A stretch of 64,000 bases of DNA from Candidatus Doudnabacteria bacterium (GTDB lineage: Bacteria > Patescibacteriota > Doudnabacteria > UBA920). The stretch is taken from NCBI GenBank assembly GCA_963837465.1, contig CAWINB010000001.1, forward strand, positions 501,646 through 565,645, read 5' to 3'. The position numbers and the translations under genes were made by a program. Position 1 is the first letter of the stretch. Every line of letters starts with the position of its first letter. The notes under the pieces are model-generated. The model searched no databases and was not told the DNA's origin. It saw nothing but the letters and a program-made list of their open reading frames with translations. Positions 7,341 to 15,343 of the stretch are shown one piece after another.

Positions 7341-9413
7341 ATGATGCTAGAAAACTCTGGCTTCGTCATGGAAGCCATCAGGAGTAACCGACTGATAAGA
7401 CGTAAATTCGCCAAACACAGCCATCCGTTGTTTTTCTTAATTTACCTGTCCCGGTATATTAAGAAACCAACAGCCGCTTTTCAGCGGGAAATATTCTCCA
7501 TAACCTCCAATAAAAAACTGGACTTTATTGTCATCACGGCCTTTCGCGGCTCCGCCAAGTCCACGATCTGTACCACATCTCTGCCCATTTACTCCATAAT
7601 CAGCGGCAAGGCGCACAACATAGTCATCGCCAGCCAAACCCAGCTCCAAGCCCGCTCCCACTTGGCCGACATTAAAGCCGAGTTGGAAAGCAACGAACTT
7701 TTGGCCAACGACCTTGGACCATTTAAGGAAACGTCGGATCAATGGGGTGCTTACGCTTTGACCTTCAAAGATTATGACGCCCGCATTATGTGCGTGTCCA
7801 CGGAAACCGCTGTGCGCGGCATTAAGTTTAAAGAGTACCGTCCGGATTTAATAATCCTGGACGACATTGAGGATATTAATTCCACCCGAACCAAAGAAGC
7901 AAGGGACAAAATTCACGCCTGGTTTACCGGCGAGATTATTCCGCTGGGCGACCCCGCTACTAAAATTATCGTGCTTGGAAATTTCCTTCACGAGTACTCT
8001 TTAGTCGGCAGATTGAGGTCGGAAATTCAAAGCGGAAAACGCTCCGGTGTATTTAAGTGCTATCCGCTTGTGGACGACGACGGTAATTGTTTGTGGCCGG
8101 GCATGTATCCAACGCCCGAAGCTGTGGAAACCCAAAGGCGCAAGATAAATGACGAGCCTACGTGGCAGCGAGAATACTGCCTTAAAATCATGGAAAGCGA
8201 TGCTAGGCTGATTACGTTAGAACAAATGCACTTCTATGACAAGGTGCCGCCTAAGGATCAATACCACGGATATCTCTACACCTGGATTGGCACTGACTTT
8301 GCCGTCGGGCAAAACGACTGGAACGACTTTACCGCCGTGGTTACTTTTCAGGTTCACCATTTTAGGGGCAAGCTTCAAATTTATGTCTTACCGGATATTA
8401 TCAACAAGCGTTTGGATTTTGACCAGGCTATCGCGGCCATGCAGCAAATTTTAGATACCGTGGGCGAGCCGGAAAAAACCAAAATGATATTGGAAACTAA
8501 TGGTATTCAACTAGCCTACTACCAGCATATGCTTGGTAAGGGCTACCACCAAGTAGTACCAGTAAAAAGCAGTAACGACAAACTATTCAGAATCCAGCCG
8601 GTTATTAATTTGATTAAAACCGGAGAAATTTTATTGCCGAGAACCGGAGCGCAGGAGTTAATTTATCAGCTGCTGGATTTTCACAATACCATCCACGAAG
8701 ATCTTTGTGACGCTACCTCAATTGCCATAGGCCGGATTATAGAGGACATCACGACCAACAATCGCGGCCAGCGGCCACAGAGCTATTATTACGGCGGCAA
8801 AGACGGCCCGTATGTCAGCGAAGATCGGATAGCTCGGCTTAAAGCGGGTAAATTGGAATTTCCAATCCATAAGGAAGAAGACTGGGTAAAGCTGCGACCT
8901 TGGCAGACGCACCACTTAAACAGCATTCCGGAATATCAAAAAATTTCCAAGTGTAGCATCAACTATGCCCACATGCAGGAAAGTTTCTGTAGCCTGAAGC
9001 AAAAGATATATGACCGCTGGTATTATTACGATAACCTGGAAATGTATAGTGTAGGAGATCATACAGTCGGGCTTGAAGACGTGGAAGCCCCGCGCCTTTA
9101 TATTCTCATGGATCTGAAGTATTTTCCCAAATACTTGCCCTCGCTTATGGATTTATTCGGCCAGCCTTTTGAGCAGGATGAAGGAATGGTGACCTGGAAC
9201 GTTCAGCAGTTTTACCCATCAGAACATGTCATAGAGCTTTATCTGGTAGGTAAAGATTGTAAAGAGGCTCTAACTATAGCGCGCTTCTATAGTGAGCTGG
9301 GTAGACGACATTATTTTAACGTCTCACAAACTGATGGGTCGCTTCGCGATTACGTAAAAAGAAAGTTTGAGTTTATGAATAAAACATTGGCCGCTCGGCC
9401 GCTGTCATTCTAG
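7341..9413 (+). CDS. phage terminase large-subunit-like ATPase-nuclease, with a C-terminal extension domain
   Basis: Deviant Walker A (AFRGSAKST), Walker B (LIILDDIED) and an RNaseH-like nuclease region (WIGTDFAVGQNDWNDFTAVV). The C-terminal ~180 aa is homologous to the separate ORF at 59771-60307. Confidence 0.7.
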   Translation: MMLENSGFVMEAIRSNRLIRRKFAKHSHPLFFLIYLSRYIKKPTAAFQREIFSITSNKKLDFIVITAFRGSAKSTICTTSLPIYSIISGKAHNIVIASQTQLQARSHLADIKAELESNELLANDLGPFKETSDQWGAYALTFKDYDARIMCVSTETAVRGIKFKEYRPDLIILDDIEDINSTRTKEARDKIHAWFTGEIIPLGDPATKIIVLGNFLHEYSLVGRLRSEIQSGKRSGVFKCYPLVDDDGNCLWPGMYPTPEAVETQRRKINDEPTWQREYCLKIMESDARLITLEQMHFYDKVPPKDQYHGYLYTWIGTDFAVGQNDWNDFTAVVTFQVHHFRGKLQIYVLPDIINKRLDFDQAIAAMQQILDTVGEPEKTKMILETNGIQLAYYQHMLGKGYHQVVPVKSSNDKLFRIQPVINLIKTGEILLPRTGAQELIYQLLDFHNTIHEDLCDATSIAIGRIIEDITTNNRGQRPQSYYYGGKDGPYVSEDRIARLKAGKLEFPIHKEEDWVKLRPWQTHHLNSIPEYQKISKCSINYAHMQESFCSLKQKIYDRWYYYDNLEMYSVGDHTVGLEDVEAPRLYILMDLKYFPKYLPSLMDLFGQPFEQDEGMVTWNVQQFYPSEHVIELYLVGKDCKEALTIARFYSELGRRHYFNVSQTDGSLRDYVKRKFEFMNKTLAARPLSF

Positions 9414-9557
9414 GCTTGCCAAAACTGGACTTCCTATGGCCTTTGCGGTACCGTGTGCCTTGGAAAAGACGAATAAAAAATTAAGCGATCCGAAGGCTCT
9501 TTGTAGCCCGGCCAGCTAATAATGGAGTTTGAAATAACGAGAAAATTGTAATATACT

Positions 9558-9752
9558 GACTTTAACAATTTAATCAATCTAAGTAGCCTAAACCCGGCAG
9601 CAATGCCGGGCATGGCGAACAGTGAAATAAACTCTATGAAAATACTGAACCCGTCGTTCAGCTACTTTTCATAGAGTCGTATACCCGAAAGGGGCTACGG
9701 ACCCGCAAGGGTCATGCTGGCGGCGGGCTTTGTGCTATCTGCCAGCAAGAAA
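9558..9752 (+). ncRNA. conserved structured RNA leader, copy A, upstream of a PH-domain gene
   Basis: Elements in order: a GNRA-capped hairpin CCCGGCA-GCAA-TGCCGGG; CATGGCG; a covarying outer stem around the conserved ACTGAACCCGTCGTTCAGC hairpin; ATACCCGAAAGGG; a GCAA-capped hairpin; then ATGCTGGCGGCGGGCTTTGTG. The same architecture recurs at 41558 and 60488 with compensatory changes. Confidence 0.5.
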
Positions 9753-9767
9753 GGATAAATATACAAT

Positions 9768-10226
9768 ATGGAACCAATGGAATTAAAAGGCCAAAATGGC
9801 ACGCTCGTTATCACTGACGCGGGTGTAACCATTAAAAAAGGTCTCAAAGGATTTTTCTTAGGAGGCGGTAAGATGGGAGACAAAACTATCCCCTACTCCT
9901 CCATCGCCGCGGTGCAATTTAAAAAGGCTGGGGCGATAGCTGGCTATATACACTTAAGTTTAGTTGGGGGTATAGACTCAAGCACCAACGTGCTGATGAT
10001 GGCTAACGATGAGAACACCGTAACTTTCCAGATATGGGGCGGTAAGAATAAGAAATTTGAGGAAGGTAAAAATATCATCGAGCAAAAGATGATGGCAGCC
10101 AAATCCGGCGGCGCCCACCACAAATCAGAAGCCGATGACCTAGAAAAGTTTGCCCAGTTGAGGGATAAAGGAGTTATTACCGAGGATGAATTTCAACAGA
10201 AGAAAAAACAGCTGCTTGGTTTATAG
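9768..10226 (+). CDS. bacterial PH-like domain protein with C-terminal SHOCT domain
   Basis: The GTLVITDAGVTIKK...YIHLSLVGG region is typical of bPH/YokE-like proteins. The C-terminal LEKFAQLRDKGVITEDEFQQKKKQLLGL is a SHOCT signature. A GAAAGGA RBS is present. Confidence 0.6.
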   Translation: MEPMELKGQNGTLVITDAGVTIKKGLKGFFLGGGKMGDKTIPYSSIAAVQFKKAGAIAGYIHLSLVGGIDSSTNVLMMANDENTVTFQIWGGKNKKFEEGKNIIEQKMMAAKSGGAHHKSEADDLEKFAQLRDKGVITEDEFQQKKKQLLGL

Positions 10227-10292
10227 CCATTAATAACTTTTAATTGGAAGGACTCGGCCTTAGGGCCGTGTTCTTCAGTTCCAAAAACCCTT

Positions 10293-11138
10293 ATGTCCAC
10301 AAAAGGCCTTACCATACTGCTGCCGGACGGCGACCCCAACGGCATTAAAATCATTGAAGTCAACGGCTGGGTTGGCAAGGCCATTATTATCCCGAGGGCT
10401 AAGCTTAAGTTCATTAAAGACCGGCCGGAAAGCAATTTGCCAGCCTTGTATTTTTTGTTCGGCGAGAATATGGACGAGACCAAGCCCAGTGTTTACATTG
10501 GGGAAACTGAACTCTGTTACCAGCGGTTAACCAACCATGAAAGTAATAAGGATTTCTGGAACTTAGCCATTATTTTTATTGGCAGTTTGGATAAGGCCGA
10601 TGTCAGATACTTAGAAAATAAAGCCGTGCAGGAAGCCCACAGCTCTGGCCGCTATCTTATGACCAACGGTAACTCCCGTAACGAGAATACCTTATCGGAG
10701 TTTAAAAAATCAGCAGCTGATAGCTATTTTGAAAGTATTAAGTTTGTAATGGCGGTACTCGGTTATACACTGTTTGAACCCATAATTACCGACACCCACC
10801 ACGCTGAAGAAATCTATTACTTAAAAGCCTCTGGCGCGGAAGCCAAAGGCAGTCTTTTGGATACAGGAGAGTTTATTGTTTTTAAGGGCTCTACCGTGCG
10901 CCTGGCTGAAGTGCCGTCCATGCAGGGCACGGGTGGCTCTAAGCTTCGGCAGCTGATGAGCCGTGAGGATGACGGTAGGCTAAAGAAGATTAACGACGAG
11001 GCCTATCAACTGACCCAAGACGTGGTTTTTACCAGCCCAAGCCTGGCTGCAGATGTTATAACCGGCAGATCCAGCAACGGCTGGATTTCGTGGAAGGATA
11101 GTCAGGGCCGGACTCTGGATGAGAATAAAAGGAAATAA
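10293..11138 (+). CDS. GIY-YIG-like nuclease N-domain with DUF4357-like C-terminal domain
   Basis: LYFLFGEN...VYIGETE...RLTNH matches the GIY-(x13)-YIG-R pattern. The C-terminal NGWISWKDSQGRTLDE is a conserved tail. The protein is nearly identical to the 61201-62046 product. Confidence 0.55.
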   Translation: MSTKGLTILLPDGDPNGIKIIEVNGWVGKAIIIPRAKLKFIKDRPESNLPALYFLFGENMDETKPSVYIGETELCYQRLTNHESNKDFWNLAIIFIGSLDKADVRYLENKAVQEAHSSGRYLMTNGNSRNENTLSEFKKSAADSYFESIKFVMAVLGYTLFEPIITDTHHAEEIYYLKASGAEAKGSLLDTGEFIVFKGSTVRLAEVPSMQGTGGSKLRQLMSREDDGRLKKINDEAYQLTQDVVFTSPSLAADVITGRSSNGWISWKDSQGRTLDENKRK

Positions 11139-11147
11139 AATAGCTTA

Positions 11148-11855
11148 CTAATTCCAAATTTTTAAACCCCATCCACTAACTTTTCCTGTTAAACTCTTTG
11201 CAAATAAAGGCCAATAAATTTTTAAGTATGCATTTTTTTCAGCTAGCTTTTCTACATCAAGATCTTTATTGCTTACACCGATCCAAATAGCACTATTTAA
11301 AGACGTTGCCACTAAGTCAGTTGCCTGTAAAAGTGAATTGGTATCGTCATTAGAAAAAATAAGCCAAGAGCAAAGCCTATTTTTATATGGATCCTTCTTA
11401 TCAGATGTAACCCAGCTTTGACTGTCATTTTGAATGTGTTTAAAAAACTTTTTTGTCAGGTTAGCCTCAGTCTTATGGTCAAGATTGTCCATAACTACCA
11501 AACCTGTTTCGTCATTTTTTTTCAAAGATAAAAAAAATCGTTCAATCAAAAAATCTAAAGCGCCGAGATAAGTATCGCTAATTTTTCTTTCCGATTTCAT
11601 ACTATACTCACCAAGGTAAACAGCGCGGGCTTCAACTTTATATTTTTTTAATACTGAAAATATTTCTTCGGTAATTTTTAATTTTTGAGTTTGATTTAAT
11701 TTATTCTTGCGCGCTGATTTTAAAGTACTTATAGTATGCCTTTCTCCAATTTTTTCCAATTCGGTTGCCGCTTTTATTAAATCGTTGGCGTCAAAAATCA
11801 ATCCGCACAATACAAAATAAGCACGGCCTCGTTGGCCATCTTTGCAAATATCCAT
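11148..11855 (-). CDS. hypothetical protein
   Basis: The start is placed at MDICKDGQRGRAYFVL. The longer track ORF runs antisense through the MTase fragment. Low GC with no recognisable motif, and it replaces the 5' half of the copy-2 MTase. Confidence 0.4.
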   Translation of the reverse strand: MDICKDGQRGRAYFVLCGLIFDANDLIKAATELEKIGERHTISTLKSARKNKLNQTQKLKITEEIFSVLKKYKVEARAVYLGEYSMKSERKISDTYLGALDFLIERFFLSLKKNDETGLVVMDNLDHKTEANLTKKFFKHIQNDSQSWVTSDKKDPYKNRLCSWLIFSNDDTNSLLQATDLVATSLNSAIWIGVSNKDLDVEKLAEKNAYLKIYWPLFAKSLTGKVSGWGLKIWN

Positions 11856-12470
11856 AAAGCGGCCAAGGATGACTTTTCCATTATTGTATACGAAAACTGG
11901 AAAAACATCCGGACAATTTGGGGCGAGATGGAAAAATACTGGAAGGTAAAAAATATGATTGTTTGGCACTTGCCCAACCGTGTGCAAGGATTTTCCGCTA
12001 AATATAAATTCTTTAACAAGCACGACATTGCCATGGTCGGCAGCGGCGACAGCGACAAAGAATACAATTTGGAGTCTGAAGAAGACGGATTGCAGAACGA
12101 ATACGACACAGCTCTTTACGGCATTTCCGGCAAACCGCAGTGGGAATCGTACGCCAAAGGTAAAAAATATTGCCCGACGGACTTTATTGAGTATGTGGCC
12201 AGTGACGAAAAAAGTTCGGGCCAGGGCGTAATTTTTGGTACCAAACCAATTGAGATTCTCATTCCCTACATTAAGGTATTAACCAAACGCGGCGATTTAA
12301 TTTTGGAACCGTTTGGCGGCAGTGGCAGTACTTTGATTGCCGCAACCAAAATGAAGCGCCGCTGCTGCATTATGGAAAAGTCGTCGGTTTATGCTGAAGT
12401 AATTATTAAGCGCTGGGAAAAGCTCACGGGCCAAAAAGCCCAGCGGATAATAGCAGGAAGGGAAACCTAA
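11832..12470 (+). pseudogene. 5'-truncated ParB-MTase (C-terminal methyltransferase half only)
   Basis: It aligns to residues ~235-450 of the 5540 and 56445 products (IVYENWKNIRTIWGEME...EPFGGSGSTLIAAT) but lacks the ParB domain and the DPPY motif. Confidence 0.6.
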
Positions 12471-12474
12471 AACT

Positions 12475-13017
12475 ATGGATGAACCCAATGACATTGTTAT
12501 GCTTCCCAACCCGGAAGGTAGTGGTAACTATTCCAGCTCCGCTGACATGAAGCAGGATAAGCAAAAAGAGTTGATGGTCGAGCAGCTCAAGAAAACGCCA
12601 ATCGTGCAGGTGGCATGCGAAAAATTAGGAATTGGCCGGAGTTCCTACTACAGGTGGCGGCAAGAGGATAAAAAATTTGAGAAAGATTGTGACGACGCGA
12701 TTAAAGAAGGTCGAAACTTGGTAAATGACGTTGCCGTATCGCAGCTGTTAAGCGCCATAAGAACCGGCAATATGACGGCAATAATGTTTTGGTTAAAACA
12801 TTTTGACGAAAACTTTAAAACCAAAATTGAAATTTCGGGATCAGTCAAGCAGGTACGTGAGGAGCTTACCGAAGAAGAGATGGCTCTTTTTCTTGAGTCC
12901 TTAAAACTTGCCGGCTTTTCCGAAAAGCAAATTAATATTAATTCTAATAAGGAGACAAACGACAATGATCAACCTAGAGAAACTTCCGTTCCTGATCGAC
13001 CCGATCAGGAAAAGTAG
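12475..13017 (+). CDS. terminase small-subunit-like HTH protein (copy 2)
   Basis: GRSSYYRWRQEDKKF HTH signature. Paralogous to the 6879 and 57785 products. Confidence 0.55.
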   Translation: MDEPNDIVMLPNPEGSGNYSSSADMKQDKQKELMVEQLKKTPIVQVACEKLGIGRSSYYRWRQEDKKFEKDCDDAIKEGRNLVNDVAVSQLLSAIRTGNMTAIMFWLKHFDENFKTKIEISGSVKQVREELTEEEMALFLESLKLAGFSEKQININSNKETNDNDQPRETSVPDRPDQEK

Positions 13018-14443
13018 GCTGCTTAGGCGCAAGTTCGCCAAGCGCAGTCACCCTATGTTTTTTCTGCTGTACTTAGCCAAATATATGACTAAGCCCACAG
13101 CAGAGTTTCAGCGTGAAATTTTCACGCTCACCGAAGACAAGAAACTGGACTTTCTTGTCTTAACCGCCTTTCGCGGTTCTGCTAAGTCCACAATCTGCAA
13201 TACCTCACTGGCTATCTGGTCAGTAGTTAGCGGCCGGGCTAACAACATTATTATTGCCAGCCAGACCAGACAGCAAGCCAGACAACATCTAGCGAATATT
13301 AAAAAGGAATTAGAAACTAATGATTTACTCCGCAATGACCTCGGTCCGTTCGAGGAAGAATCGGACGAATGGGGTGCATTCGCGATTACCTTTAAGGATT
13401 ACGATGCCCGCATTATGGCCGTTTCCACCGAACAGGCCATCCGTGGTATGCGCTACAAACAATATCGACCCGAAATAATAATATTGGATGATATTGAAGA
13501 CGTTAATTCTACCAGAACCAGAGAAGCCCGAGAGAAAATATACAACTGGTTTACTTCGGAAATTGTGCCATTGGGAACGCCGGATACCAGAATTATTGTC
13601 CTTGGTAACTTTGTTCACGAATATTCTTTAGTAGGCAGACTGATGGCGGAAATTCAAAGCGGCCAGCGACTTGGTATGTTTAAGCGTTACCCGTTAATTA
13701 ATGACGAAGGTTTGTGCATTTGGCCGGGAATGTATCCGAATGATGCGGCCATTGAAGCCTTTAGGAAAAAAGTTGGCGATGAGGCAACTTGGGAGCGGGA
13801 GTACAAACTTAATATTATAGCTGCCGGAGAAAAGCTAATTCCACTGGAATGGATTAAGTTTTACGAAGAGTTGCCTTCAAGGAAAAAATCGCGCGATTAC
13901 TCTTATACTTCTTGTGCAGTAGACTTAGCAATTGGCGAGAATGAAACCAATGACTGTACGGCTATCGTTTGCGGGCAAGTCCACCGCCCAGACGGCAACC
14001 TGAAAGTTTATATTCTAGCCAATCCCACCAACGCGCGTCTAAATTTTCCTAAAGCCATAGAAGCCATGAAAAATACCCTAAACGTTTTAGGCGAACAAGG
14101 CCGCACCAAAATGTTTATTGAAACCGTAGGTTTTCAAGAAGCCTATTACCAATATATGTTTGAAAACGGTTACAGACAAGTTGAGGGCGTTAAAGTTACA
14201 ACAGATAAACGCACCAGACTTGCGCTTACAACCAAACTGATTAAAGAGGGCGTAATCGTGTTTGCTAAAACTGGTTGCGATGAACTTATCCAGCAATTAG
14301 TTGGCTTCGGCAAAGAGCATCACGACGATTTAGCCGACGCGTTCAGCATGTTAATTATGCAAATCATGAAAGAGCATGAGGAAGGAGCTGGTTTTAGGGC
14401 TTGGCTAAAATTCTGCGAACGGAACGGCGGACCGTGGCTATAA
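12965..14443 (+). CDS. terminase large-subunit-like protein (copy 2, no C-terminal extension)
   Basis: Start placed at MINLEK by alignment to MMLENSG of copy 1. AFRGSAKST, IIILDDIED, and about 75% identity to copy 1 over the core. Confidence 0.7.
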   Translation: MINLEKLPFLIDPIRKSRLLRRKFAKRSHPMFFLLYLAKYMTKPTAEFQREIFTLTEDKKLDFLVLTAFRGSAKSTICNTSLAIWSVVSGRANNIIIASQTRQQARQHLANIKKELETNDLLRNDLGPFEEESDEWGAFAITFKDYDARIMAVSTEQAIRGMRYKQYRPEIIILDDIEDVNSTRTREAREKIYNWFTSEIVPLGTPDTRIIVLGNFVHEYSLVGRLMAEIQSGQRLGMFKRYPLINDEGLCIWPGMYPNDAAIEAFRKKVGDEATWEREYKLNIIAAGEKLIPLEWIKFYEELPSRKKSRDYSYTSCAVDLAIGENETNDCTAIVCGQVHRPDGNLKVYILANPTNARLNFPKAIEAMKNTLNVLGEQGRTKMFIETVGFQEAYYQYMFENGYRQVEGVKVTTDKRTRLALTTKLIKEGVIVFAKTGCDELIQQLVGFGKEHHDDLADAFSMLIMQIMKEHEEGAGFRAWLKFCERNGGPWL

Positions 14444-14470
14444 ATGTGGCTAAAATTTGAAGGCCAAAAA

Positions 14471-14505
14471 TAAAACGCCGAATTTATTCCAGCGTTTTAT
14501 TAATA
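14471..14505 (+). terminator. intrinsic terminator after TerL-like copy 2
   Basis: AAAACGC-(13 nt)-GCGTTTT stem followed by ATTAATAA. Confidence 0.5.
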
Positions 14506-14678
14506 ACTATATTTCCTTTTTGGAAAAAACTAAATTTAACTTTCTCCAACAAGGAGGCAAGGGAAGGATGTGCAGTCCTCCCTTGCCAGCTTGAGTGCGT
14601 AAACTTTTATTTTTGTAGGTCGAGTTTGTGGCTCTCGACCTGTTTGAATTCCGCTGCCACAAAGCGGTTGCCCTTTTA

Positions 14679-15284
14679 TTAGGGTTTGCTGAGCTCGGCA
14701 ACATCTTCTGGATCATTGCCGTTGAACTGGAAGTCCTGTGCCCAGCATTGGCGATGAAGTTCGGTAATGGGGCCAAATATCAGCCCGTCTTCCCGAATTA
14801 ATATCTCTATCGCCGTCTCGAGCGTGTGCCGCTCCTGCCCATACTGGTGCATAGCGGCATATTCGCGGACTGTGGGATGGCCGCCTTGACCTAAGGGCAC
14901 AGCACCGATAAGTGCCATAACCCCTCGAGCAAAAGCGCTGCGCTTGTAAGTTGATGCTCGTGGCATCCGCTCCAGCGCAATCCTATGCAGCTCTCCCCAC
15001 TGTGACGTGGGGAAAACAAACACCAGATGCTGCCACTCTCCGGTCTCCGGATCCTGACCTTCTATGTCAGTCAAGACATCGAACTTCTCAATTATCTTGA
15101 CCTCGACCAGTTCCCCGGATATAAGCCCGAAAACCTCGTGGGGATTGAATTCATCATCCCATGCCCCTTGAACGAAATATCGGGCTCCGCACTCACACTC
15201 GTAAGTGATATTATAGTCTGCCGGAATCTCCAGCTTACGCTGACAGAACTGACAGACTATTTCTGGTAAGTTCGCCCTGTCCAC
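14679..15284 (-). CDS. zinc-ribbon domain protein, hypothetical (last gene of the higher-GC cluster)
   Basis: N-terminal CQFCQRK...YECECGARY Cys4 ribbon. It shares the high GC content of the genes upstream of it. Confidence 0.45.
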   Translation of the reverse strand: MDRANLPEIVCQFCQRKLEIPADYNITYECECGARYFVQGAWDDEFNPHEVFGLISGELVEVKIIEKFDVLTDIEGQDPETGEWQHLVFVFPTSQWGELHRIALERMPRASTYKRSAFARGVMALIGAVPLGQGGHPTVREYAAMHQYGQERHTLETAIEILIREDGLIFGPITELHRQCWAQDFQFNGNDPEDVAELSKP

Positions 15285-15343
15285 TTTTATTCTTCCTTTC
15301 TTGCGCTGGTTGCGCTCCTAGGGTGAAAGGGATTGGAGATAAA

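Larger units (their letters stand above)
5386..11140 (+). mobile_element. paralogous module 1 (ParB-MTase, TerS-like, TerL-like, RNA leader, PH protein, GIY-YIG/DUF4357-like) with conserved flanks
   Basis: The same gene order and conserved boundary sequences recur at 56296-62046. The 5' boundary is marked by GAAATAATAAAAAATAAAATATC. No capsid or portal genes are present. Confidence 0.35.

Noticed and set aside
9414-9470. Terminator immediately after TerL copy 1 at the GGTACC-containing conserved block
   Set aside because: No stable stem plus U-tract could be drawn. The sequence is better explained as the conserved start of the repeated RNA-leader segment.
11856-12023. N-terminal 56 codons of the minus-strand ORF 11148-12023
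   Set aside because: This part runs antisense through the conserved MTase fragment. The start was moved to the internal Met at about 11855.
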